A model generated the notes under the pieces. It was not told where the DNA came from. It made no database searches and saw only the letters and a program-made list of their open reading frames with translations. From an uncultured Bacteroidales bacterium (lineage in GTDB: Bacteria; Bacteroidota; Bacteroidia; Bacteroidales; JAUNSR01), in the NCBI GenBank assembly GCA_947074145.1, contig CAMTOJ010000008.1, positions 32,557 through 96,556 of the forward strand: a stretch of 64,000 bases of DNA, given 5' to 3'. The translations under genes were made by a program, and so were the position numbers. Numbering within the stretch: position 1 is the stretch's first letter; each line of letters begins with the position of its first letter. Below, one piece after another: positions 31,994-41,159 of this stretch.

Positions 31994-32992
31994 CTATACA
32001 TCTTGTAAAGAATCATATTCCTTATCACTAAGCTCATATTTATAAAATATCTTATAGAACTCCGTTATTTTATCCTTTGTGCTTAGTGAGGGATGATCTT
32101 TGAATATTTCACAAAACCACAATAAGCCGCACAGCCTGTTTATCGATGGTGGCATATCAAACCAAATAAAAGGATGTGATGGTATATTATATAATCGATT
32201 ATTTTTGACCGCTTTAAGATTTTTCCATATCATGCTATTCTTTACTTCGGAATATGGGTTGGTGTTACCTTTTCCCATACAAAAAATATAATCGGGATTC
32301 ACAGCCATTAATTCTTCAATTGAAATCATTGAGAAACCCTTAGCATCCATAGGAGCTTTTATTGCATTTTCTATTCCTAATAATTCAAATATCTGAGCGT
32401 GAGAACTACCTTCGGGAGCTGTACGTAAACCGGTCTTTGAATTAGCTATATATGCGCTTGCCTTAACAGGATTACTCTTATAACTTTCGACCTGCGAATA
32501 AACCGATCTTATAAAATTCACGCATTTTAATCCGTTTTCTTTCTCGTTGAGAAGTTCACCCAAAAACATATAAGTACTATCCAGATTCATCAACTCCAAA
32601 TCAACAACAACCAACGGTTTATTGATTTTTTCGGCAAACTTGGTATATCTGGTTATCTCTTTTTTTGTATTCTTATTTACAAACGTACCCACTACCAAAA
32701 TATCAGGATTAAGGCGAAGCACCTCTTCGGCATTCTGCAGATCCACTTCAGGCATTTTCAGATAACTTTCCGAAATCATCTTCATTCCGCTATTCTCTCC
32801 TGCCCACGCTTTGGCACACATCTTTGTTTCCGCAACAGGAAATAGCAGCATATTGGTCTTATTATCAAAGGGTACTATTTTCTCTATCTTTTCAGGTATC
32901 TCAACTCTCCTGCCCGCCATATCGGTTATAACTTTCGCATCTAAAATATAAGGGAAGAGAATTAAAAATGATAATATCGATATTCTAAACAT
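31994..32992 (-). CDS. periplasmic binding protein, class III (FhuD/BtuF-type iron-siderophore/corrinoid/heme ABC substrate-binding fold)
   Basis: 332 aa with a signal peptide. ITDMAGRRVEIP...NPDILVV...NPDYIF...LYNIP pattern typical of PBP type-2 (Peripla_BP_2). Confidence 0.78.
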   Translation of the reverse strand: MFRISILSFLILFPYILDAKVITDMAGRRVEIPEKIEKIVPFDNKTNMLLFPVAETKMCAKAWAGENSGMKMISESYLKMPEVDLQNAEEVLRLNPDILVVGTFVNKNTKKEITRYTKFAEKINKPLVVVDLELMNLDSTYMFLGELLNEKENGLKCVNFIRSVYSQVESYKSNPVKASAYIANSKTGLRTAPEGSSHAQIFELLGIENAIKAPMDAKGFSMISIEELMAVNPDYIFCMGKGNTNPYSEVKNSMIWKNLKAVKNNRLYNIPSHPFIWFDMPPSINRLCGLLWFCEIFKDHPSLSTKDKITEFYKIFYKYELSDKEYDSLQDV

Positions 32993-33011
32993 CCTAATAA
33001 CTTTAAAAGTA

Positions 33012-33043
33012 GACGACGGCTAAAGAGCCGCCGTCATTTTTTT
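33012..33043. terminator. GC-rich hairpin with flanking A/T runs, 20 nt upstream of the binding-protein start codon
   Basis: gacgacggc (33012-33020) pairs with gccgccgtc (33027-33035), 8/9 matches. T7 run at 33037-33043 on the plus strand; ctactttt follows on the minus strand. Confidence 0.5.
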
Positions 33044-33133
33044 CATAACACAATTTTTGTAATGATTTCTCTCTTTTAGAAGAGACATGAATACAAATTG
33101 ACCATTAGTGAACAATATGCAAGAACAGAATTA

Positions 33134-34309
33134 TTATTTTCTTATGATTTTTATTGCCATATCCTCAATATTAAGAATATAAACACCCGGAGCAAATGAT
33201 GTAATATCGATACTGTTTGTACCTTTCTCTACAATATCACTTTTTATTACACCTCCGGACAATGAATAAATATCATATTTTGTATCTTTTACTGATAATA
33301 CCAAAAATGAAGATGTCGTACTTGTCGGGTAAACCAAAAAATCATCACTACCGGTAACATTCCCTATTTTTAAAGGATCCTCTTTATCTTCATTTTTACG
33401 CTCAATCCTTTTTATCCCTCTTACAGAAGCGTGAGTCGCTCCGTTGTTCTGCGTAAAGGTCATCTCATTTGTCAAATTTGAAAAATAGACATATCGTCTT
33501 CCGTTTTGAATCGAATCTTTATGAACAAACTGATCTGTCCAAAACCATGTATAACTATTTAATCCCGGTGCAGGGAATGAAAAATCCTCATTTAAATCTC
33601 CTCCAATCTTTCCTGCTCCAACAATATTCATACCTGTCTTATTCCATAACTTATCGTCTGCTACTGATAATGATGCATCTTCATTCCATCCGTTACCAGG
33701 AGCCGTTTTTAAATATAATCCTATATTTATCACATAACTCTTATCAAAAGTTGCTTCACTTGTACTATTATTTTCTATCCATTTGCCTATAACAATCTCT
33801 TCACTTTCCATGCGTTTGGCAAGATCATACCAAGCTGTAGTATCGGCAATTTTCCATCCTTCGGGCAATAATCCTCCGTTTACATTATATGCATATTTAT
33901 AAGTTGCGGTAGCAGGTTGCTTTTTTGAATTTGTTGCTGCCGTCCATGTATAAAGCAGTCCATATTTATCAACATTCTTCTCATCAAAAGAGGGATAACC
34001 GTAAGATGCGGTATTAACAAACCACGTAAAATAATTGTAAGAATCATCTTTTGGTCTTTTCTCATCTATATCTTTATAAAACGGAACAGGAGTACCATCA
34101 TTAAAATGTTTACATTTCAGATTCTCAAGCATCCACCAGGTATCACCGAATCGCGCCGTTTGATATACATTCCCGTCATAATCTTTTACTGTTCCCAGCT
34201 CATCCGGTACATACACCGATTCTGTCGCTGCATCCGGTTTCCAACTTTGTCCATTCACTGAAGAAAGACTAAGTAAAATAGATGGTAATAATAGTAAACT
34301 CTTTCTCAT
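33134..34309 (-). CDS. secreted protein with a Fibrobacter succinogenes major paralogous (FISH) domain and a T9SS C-terminal sorting domain
   Basis: 391 aa with a signal peptide. DGNVYQTARFGDTWWMLENLK ... GLLYTW ... LPEGWKIAD are FISH-domain hallmarks. The last ~75 aa (FLVYPTSTTSSFLVLS...SFAPGVYILNIEDMAIKIIRK) look like a type A T9SS CTD. Confidence 0.68.
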   Translation of the reverse strand: MRKSLLLLPSILLSLSSVNGQSWKPDAATESVYVPDELGTVKDYDGNVYQTARFGDTWWMLENLKCKHFNDGTPVPFYKDIDEKRPKDDSYNYFTWFVNTASYGYPSFDEKNVDKYGLLYTWTAATNSKKQPATATYKYAYNVNGGLLPEGWKIADTTAWYDLAKRMESEEIVIGKWIENNSTSEATFDKSYVINIGLYLKTAPGNGWNEDASLSVADDKLWNKTGMNIVGAGKIGGDLNEDFSFPAPGLNSYTWFWTDQFVHKDSIQNGRRYVYFSNLTNEMTFTQNNGATHASVRGIKRIERKNEDKEDPLKIGNVTGSDDFLVYPTSTTSSFLVLSVKDTKYDIYSLSGGVIKSDIVEKGTNSIDITSFAPGVYILNIEDMAIKIIRK

Positions 34310-34415
34310 AACACCTCAAATAATTATTGTTTGTAAAATGTCGTTATCATTTCTTCAAATAACGAATCTCAAAAAAAATCAAAACTATATCCTTTAACAG
34401 ATGATTTTGTAGTAA

Positions 34416-35372
34416 CTATACAACTACAAAATCACCCGCAAAAGATTCAAAAAATTTGTTCTGCATCACAGATTTCATCGCTCCTGTATCCGTGGAATAA
34501 ATATTATTCCATCCTAACCAGTTTAGCGGTTGTAACTCATTATCATCTGATGCAGGAAAACTTAAAGACAACAACATCTGAGTCATCTCTTCGCTCTTTA
34601 TATAATCTATTACCTCTTTATATTTTTCATAAGCTCCCTTTTTGACAAGCATCTGCACCGGGCTAACAATTGCTCCGTCTTTAGGCCATATCAACCTAAA
34701 GTTTTCACGTTTTCTTACATTCTTGTAGAAAGTATATGGCATAACGAAAGCTGAGATACCTTCCGTTTTTTCACTATTTATCATTTTAACCATTTGAGAT
34801 GGATGAAGCCCCACAGCCGTATTGCGAGCCAAAAGAGAAAGTGACTCAAGACCATAGTCACGAACAAAAGGAAAAAATACTGCATTACAGAAAAAGTCTT
34901 TATCTCCTCTAAGTATAAGTTTCTTTTCAAGCGAAGGATCCAACAGATCACTCCAATACTGAGGTAAACTTTCGTTATTGAATTTGCGTATATCGGCTAC
35001 TATAACAAGAGCATTACAAGGAAGCATAGTAAACAAGTTTTCGGGATGTGAATAACCTGCTATCGTATAAGATTCGTTTATTTCATGTCCTATCACATCG
35101 AAATTGTCACTGTTTAGAAACTTGTCAAGAAATCGTTTATGATGCAATGAATTGATATCCGATGTAATAAGAATATCGGGTAACATATCCAATGATTCCG
35201 TTTTATCTATTTCACCATAAAAACTTTTTTCATAGTTAAGATTTCCCTCAACTATCATACTTTCAGACTCTCCGTTCTCCTCAACATATTGAGGAAACTT
35301 CTTATAAAGAGAATCTTTAAACGGATTTCTTAATCCGCAAGGCATTAAAGCAAGTAAAAACGGTGATGCCAT
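34416..35372 (-). CDS. solute-binding-protein-fold protein (PBP2, iron/thiamine/polyamine class) without a signal peptide
   Basis: 318 aa. WPKDGAIVSPVQMLVKKGAYEKYKEVIDYIKSEEMTQMLL matches the C-lobe pattern of this SBP class. The N-terminus MASPFLLALMPCGLRNPFKD has no n-region or lipobox, and I saw no in-frame extension with a signal. Confidence 0.5.
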   Translation of the reverse strand: MASPFLLALMPCGLRNPFKDSLYKKFPQYVEENGESESMIVEGNLNYEKSFYGEIDKTESLDMLPDILITSDINSLHHKRFLDKFLNSDNFDVIGHEINESYTIAGYSHPENLFTMLPCNALVIVADIRKFNNESLPQYWSDLLDPSLEKKLILRGDKDFFCNAVFFPFVRDYGLESLSLLARNTAVGLHPSQMVKMINSEKTEGISAFVMPYTFYKNVRKRENFRLIWPKDGAIVSPVQMLVKKGAYEKYKEVIDYIKSEEMTQMLLSLSFPASDDNELQPLNWLGWNNIYSTDTGAMKSVMQNKFFESFAGDFVVV

Positions 35373-35567
35373 AAGCTTTTGTTTTTTATTGTTTCTGATT
35401 TTTATAATACCATAATCGTGCCAAAAATAATAAACACCTAACTATCAACCCATTAAGCAAAAGAAGATATAAATAAAAATTACATTATTGTAACTAAAAG
35501 TGTAAAATAAAGACAAAAATGAAATTTTATTTTAAACGATAATCCTAATTATCAATACAATAAAAAA

Positions 35568-36659
35568 CTATATGTAACGTGTTTTTCTGAAATATTTCTT
35601 TTTTATCTGATGAATCAAAGCCATAACCGATACATAAAATATCATTGCGAATTGAGGAAGCATATATAACATATTTTTATACCATGATGTATTGGTAAGC
35701 CTGGAAATAAACGACTGTGTGATAAACAGTATTATAACGCCCCAAAACAATTCTCTATAAAAGCCGAAAAACAGAAAAAATAACCACCATGTAATCAGTA
35801 CAAAAGAGTATAATATCACAAACGGAAGAATCCACGTTCTTACATAAAGAAGAATCTGTGTAATCAACTCACTGAGACATCTTTTCATTTTAAGTTCACC
35901 AAGAAGTTTTACTCTTTTATCGGCAATAAAGAAATCAATTTTGACACCCTCTTGTTTAAAATAACGAGCCACGTCATAAGCATTTTTTAAATTCAACTCC
36001 TTATCAAAGGGTTGATATTGACGATAAGCATTCCCGTCGAAAAACATAAAATAATCTGAGGCAAGTGCATAATTAAAATTTGATGAATTCATAATTTTCC
36101 AAAAAGGGAAAGATGACAAACAGATGTTATTAAGAATAGGCAGAGTGAGCCATTCGGCATCTTTATGCAGATCATAATAAGGAAAGAGAGTAAGAAATTT
36201 TATTTTTTGGTACTTCATTAATGAAACCAACTGCTCAAGAATTCCGCCTCTTAACTCAATATTTTGATCAAGAAAAAGAATATAGTTTCCTCTTGCATAA
36301 TTTCCTATCTTATAATTTACCTGATAGTGCTCTTTCCACCCCTTCTTCAGACTCTTTATCTCAATGATACGCAATCTTTTATCAGCCGCAGCCCTTTTCT
36401 TTAGATTATCGATATTGAATTGGACAGGATTATACATACCAACCAATATCTCCATATTATCATTATTTATCTTACTTAATAGTTCGAGTAGAAAATTTAG
36501 TTTAGGCGATTCGTTGTCCGCTCTTATCACTACCGATATAAGAATATCATCCTTAAGTCTTTTTCCCGGAGGTACCACCGGATTGGTTATAAAATTGACA
36601 GCCACTATTATCAATCTTATGATAAAAAGAGCAAGAATGAAGTATGCTATTATTTCCAT
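35568..36659 (-). CDS. membrane-bound family-2-like glycosyltransferase
   Basis: 363 aa with an N-terminal TM, a GT-A-like core (ISVVIRADNESP, ILFLDQNIEL in place of DxD) and C-terminal TM helices. Confidence 0.5.
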   Translation of the reverse strand: MEIIAYFILALFIIRLIIVAVNFITNPVVPPGKRLKDDILISVVIRADNESPKLNFLLELLSKINNDNMEILVGMYNPVQFNIDNLKKRAAADKRLRIIEIKSLKKGWKEHYQVNYKIGNYARGNYILFLDQNIELRGGILEQLVSLMKYQKIKFLTLFPYYDLHKDAEWLTLPILNNICLSSFPFWKIMNSSNFNYALASDYFMFFDGNAYRQYQPFDKELNLKNAYDVARYFKQEGVKIDFFIADKRVKLLGELKMKRCLSELITQILLYVRTWILPFVILYSFVLITWWLFFLFFGFYRELFWGVIILFITQSFISRLTNTSWYKNMLYMLPQFAMIFYVSVMALIHQIKKKYFRKTRYI

Positions 36660-36817
36660 ATATGCATTTTTAATATGCAGTAAGTCTCACTGTATATTTC
36701 ACCATATTATAACAACATAATAAATTAAGAGTTTGAATATAGAGTGTGCAACTTTCAGCTTTTGAGCTTTTTAAGCTAAAAATTCATATACATAAAAAAA
36801 TGATCATTTAAAATTTA

Positions 36818-36825
36818 TATTTTTG
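36818..36825 (+). promoter_or_regulatory. candidate -7 box (TAnnTTTG) for the cyclophilin gene
   Basis: tatttttg lies 37 nt upstream of the ATG at 36862. Confidence 0.3.
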
Positions 36826-36861
36826 TCATATTAATATTTCTACAACACATTATATACATAT

Positions 36862-37662
36862 ATGAGAATCATCACAATAATATCTTTTTTAATAGCTTTT
36901 AGCGCTATCTCTTTCTCTCAGGAAAGAATAGTATTAATAGAAACTACCGAAGGCAATATGAAAGTTAAACTCTATGACGATACACCTCGTCACAGAGATT
37001 ATTTCCTTGATCTGATACGAAAAGGATATTTCGACGGCACTCTTTTCGGGCGTGTAATTCAACAGTTCATCATCCAGGGAGGTTCTCAGGATAGTCGCGG
37101 TGTAAAACCGGGTTCTCCAATCGGTGATGGTGATAAGACGATGGAAATTCCTCATGAAATAAGAAAAAACCGTATCCCTAAAAAAGGTGCAGTGGGATGC
37201 CCTCGTCGTGACGAGAAAAATAATCCAAATAAAGATTCCGATATGTCGATGTATTTCATCGTTCTTGGAAGACCTTATACCAGCGGACAGCTCGACACTT
37301 TAGAGCTTGTGCAAAATGTTCCTATCAAAAAAGAGGTAAGAAAAAAACTTTATACTCCAATAAAACCGATGCTTGACTCTATTAAACGTGTAAATCCAAA
37401 AGAGTTTAACCGAAGAGTTGTAGAGCTTAACCATAAAATAGATTCGGTCACAAGAGCAACACCCGGCTCTCTTACATTTACACCGGAGGAGCGCGAGGCT
37501 TACACAACTGTGGGCGGGTCTCTTCATTTGGCTAATGAATACACTTTCTTTGGTGAGGTTATCGAAGGACTGGAAGTAATTGATAAGATTTCTGATATTC
37601 CGACAAATTCGGCAGACAGACCTATTAAGGATGTTGTGATGAATGTCAGGATTTTGAAATAA
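36862..37662 (+). CDS. cyclophilin-type peptidyl-prolyl cis-trans isomerase, secreted, with a large internal insertion
   Basis: 266 aa with a signal peptide. FGRVIQQFIIQGGS and FFGEVIEGLEVIDKI cyclophilin motifs are separated by an extra ~85 aa. Confidence 0.85.
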   Translation: MRIITIISFLIAFSAISFSQERIVLIETTEGNMKVKLYDDTPRHRDYFLDLIRKGYFDGTLFGRVIQQFIIQGGSQDSRGVKPGSPIGDGDKTMEIPHEIRKNRIPKKGAVGCPRRDEKNNPNKDSDMSMYFIVLGRPYTSGQLDTLELVQNVPIKKEVRKKLYTPIKPMLDSIKRVNPKEFNRRVVELNHKIDSVTRATPGSLTFTPEEREAYTTVGGSLHLANEYTFFGEVIEGLEVIDKISDIPTNSADRPIKDVVMNVRILK

Positions 37663-37743
37663 AGCTATTTATAACATTATCGTTTCATATAGTAACATGA
37701 TGCTATATTATGTTTCCTCTTTGAAAAAATATATTTACAACTT

Positions 37744-37781
37744 TACCGCCCGATTAAATACTATCGGGCGGTATTTTTTTT
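37744..37781 (+). terminator. intrinsic terminator after the cyclophilin gene
   Basis: taccgcccgat (37744-37754) pairs with atcgggcggta (37763-37773), followed by T8. Confidence 0.85.
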
Positions 37782-37865
37782 ATCCCTTGCCACTTAATAC
37801 CTTTTCAATAAGCTTTCTAATATAATCCTTAGAATACTCTTATACTTTTCAATTTATCGATTTTC

Positions 37866-37907
37866 AAAGACTCCTACCCTTTTTTGAAAACTCTCTACCC
37901 TTTTTTC
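37866..37907. repeat. 2 x 21-nt tandem repeat
   Basis: aaagactcctacccttttttg / aaaactctctacccttttttc. The 12-nt core ctaccctttttt is exact at 37874-37885 and 37895-37906. Confidence 0.8.
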
Positions 37908-37990
37908 ATTCCATAGAATTGAGCAAAAGTTAGTTTGCTAAAACAAAATTATTTATCTGCTACGACCGCATAGTTTGTCAGTTATGAACG

Positions 37991-38032
37991 TAAACACCAA
38001 AGCTATGGTCAAAAACACCAAAGCTGATGGAC
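37991..38032. repeat. 2 x 21-nt tandem repeat
   Basis: The 13-nt core aaacaccaaagct is exact at 37992-38004 and 38013-38025. Confidence 0.8.
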
Positions 38033-38547
38033 GATCTAGCCATAGCTGATGTACAACGCGGTCATAGCTTGCCTATTTTCCGATCATAGAATTGGTTACA
38101 AAAAAGGGTTGAGGGAGATTTAAAAACCTCTTTTCGAGTTGGGAAAACAGTATAGGATATAAATTATAGGGAAACAGACCGGATGGATATAACGGGAACT
38201 AATGTAAAAAATTAACATCAAAAATGTTAATTAATTTACCTATAATTATGGGGAATAATTAAAAAAAATTTCATACAATACATATTGTCATTAATTAGAA
38301 ATATTGAACGATATACACTTTATTAAGTAACCTATTTATATATTGTAATTATGCCAATATCTCTCATATTTTTCAATATTGTGTTATTAAATACAGATCT
38401 GATGTGGTAATGCGTTATTGTCAAACACACCAACACAAACAGCACGCTATAAGACACTTAGCCTACCAAACCTGCTATTTTATTATAATTTTCAATTAAA
38501 CTTTTACTATATTTAGAGTCAAACAGATAAATTATTACACATAATAA

Positions 38548-39726
<1,179 letters not shown>

Positions 39727-39813
39727 GAATCAATTTTGGATATTGATACGATAACAACGTGACTTATGAAGAAATAAATAATTTTTAAGCAGGATAATAC
39801 ATCGATTTAAATA

Positions 39814-40347
39814 CTAGGAAGGATAACAAAAGAAGTAACCGAAAGCTCCGGAGATAACAATCATCAAGATTGGGTGTAGCTTAATAAATTTAACGGCTAT
39901 AAAAACAACTCCGAAAATCAAAAAACTCTTCCAATCCTGAAAGTTCTGTGAGTTCATTAGCATTAAACCGGCTGATGCAACAAGTCCGACAATTGCGGGA
40001 CGAAGCCCTGAGAATATGGTATCTACCCAAAGATTGTCTTTGAATTTTAGTATTATTCTGCTTACAAAAAGCATAAGTATGAATGATGGTAAACAGACTG
40101 AGAATGTCGCTATTACCGATCCCCAAACTGAACCGCTGGCGGTATATCCTATATATGTTGCACTGTTGATGCCTATTGGCCCGGGGGTCATCTGTGAGAC
40201 TGCGACGATATCGGTAAATTGTGCATCTGAAATCCATTGATGTTTTTCAACAACTTCGTGTTGTATAAGTGAAAGCATAGCATAGCCTCCACCGAAACCA
40301 AAAATGCCGATTTTGAAGTAAACCCAGAATAATTGAAGAAATATCAT
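39814..40347 (-). CDS. chromate transporter, short-chain CHR family (second half of a pair)
   Basis: 177 aa with IGIFGFGGGYAMLSLIQHEVVEKHQW, the typical CHR domain start. Confidence 0.88.
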   Translation of the reverse strand: MIFLQLFWVYFKIGIFGFGGGYAMLSLIQHEVVEKHQWISDAQFTDIVAVSQMTPGPIGINSATYIGYTASGSVWGSVIATFSVCLPSFILMLFVSRIILKFKDNLWVDTIFSGLRPAIVGLVASAGLMLMNSQNFQDWKSFLIFGVVFIAVKFIKLHPILMIVISGAFGYFFCYPS

Positions 40348-40365
40348 AGTTTTTTATTTTTTAAT

Positions 40366-40468
40366 AATGTTGCTCGTGTTGCTTCGCTGGTAATGTCGCT
40401 CGCGTTGCTTCGCTAGTGATGTCGCTTGCTGCGCTTTGCTGGTAATGTCGCTCGCGTTGCGAGCTGGT
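40366..40468. repeat. tandem array of four 26/25-nt G+C-rich units
   Basis: Units at 40366-40391, 40392-40417, 40418-40443 and 40444-40468. Approximate consensus aATGTCGCTCGCGTTGCTTCGCTgGT. Confidence 0.9.
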
Positions 40469-40529
40469 AACGAGTTAAATATACTTCATGTAATAAATAA
40501 TAGTTAACTCATCCCCTTATCACTTTGTC

Positions 40530-40612
40530 ACTAGCGCAGCGTATCACTAGCGCAGCGTATCACCAGCGAAGCGACATCACTAGCGAAGCGACATCACCAG
40601 CGAAGCGACATC
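40530..40612. repeat. tandem array of five 16/17-nt units, inverted relative to the 40366-40468 array
   Basis: actagcgcagcgtatc x2 (40530-40561), then accagcgaagcgacatc / actagcgaagcgacatc / accagcgaagcgacatc (40562-40612). The reverse complement gatgtcgcttcgctggt equals the left unit minus 9 internal nt. Confidence 0.9.
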
Positions 40613-41159
40613 ACCCCCTCCTTTTCAATAACATCCTAAACACCGCCAAAGCCGCAGCACCAAGAATAATATAAACCGGAGAAACGCCAACAAGCCATAT
40701 CAATAAAGCTCCGACTATTGGGATCCAGCAATTACGCCATGTTATTTTAGAAGATTTAGCGGTTGTAAATACAGGGATTACGATAAGCGCCACCACAGCC
40801 GGACGAATTCCGTTGAATATCGCTATCATATAAGGTTCGTTATATATACGAGTAAAAAACAGAGCAATTGCAAGAATCATTACGAATGAAGGTAGTACTG
40901 TACCAAGAGTTGCAGCAAGAGCCCCTTTAAAACCGGCTTGCTTATTTCCTGTAAAAATTGAAATATTAACAGCCATGATACCGGGTAATGACTGAGATAC
41001 CGCCAATGCATCAATAAACTCCTCTTTACCGAGCCAGCTTTTCTTTTCGACAACCTCTTTTTCTATTATCGAAATCATTGCCCATCCCCCTCCGAAGGTG
41101 AATGCACCGATCTTGAAGAAAACTGAAAACAGATCCCAGAGTACTTTTAATCCTTTCAT
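40611..41159 (-). CDS. chromate transporter, short-chain CHR family (first half of a pair)
   Basis: 182 aa with IGAFTFGGGWAMISIIEKEVVEKKSW, the CHR domain start. Confidence 0.88.
   Translation of the reverse strand: MKGLKVLWDLFSVFFKIGAFTFGGGWAMISIIEKEVVEKKSWLGKEEFIDALAVSQSLPGIMAVNISIFTGNKQAGFKGALAATLGTVLPSFVMILAIALFFTRIYNEPYMIAIFNGIRPAVVALIVIPVFTTAKSSKITWRNCWIPIVGALLIWLVGVSPVYIILGAAALAVFRMLLKRRG

Noticed and set aside
32993-33133. Possible cobalamin riboswitch upstream of the BtuF-like binding-protein gene.
   Set aside because: Only ~140 nt are available and no B12-box-like sequence is visible. The hairpin is reported as a terminator or leader candidate only.
37984-38049. 21-codon ORF MNVNTKAMVKNTKADGRSSHS overlapping the 21-nt tandem repeat.
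   Set aside because: Its internal repetition is simply the DNA repeat read in frame. There is no promoter or RBS context, and it is too short to support without conservation or ribosome-profiling data.
40366-40612. Possible CRISPR array, because of the regularly repeated G+C-rich units.
   Set aside because: Units are directly contiguous with no unique spacers. Unit sizes (16-17 and 26 nt) and the two inverted arrays do not fit CRISPR architecture, and no cas genes are in the window.
39814-41159. Possible chrA pseudogene broken in two by the repeat insertion.
   Set aside because: Each ORF begins with its own complete CHR-domain start (FGGGYAMLS / FGGGWAMIS) and has the ~180-aa size of the known bipartite short-chain CHR family. 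These are two intact genes, not fragments of one.
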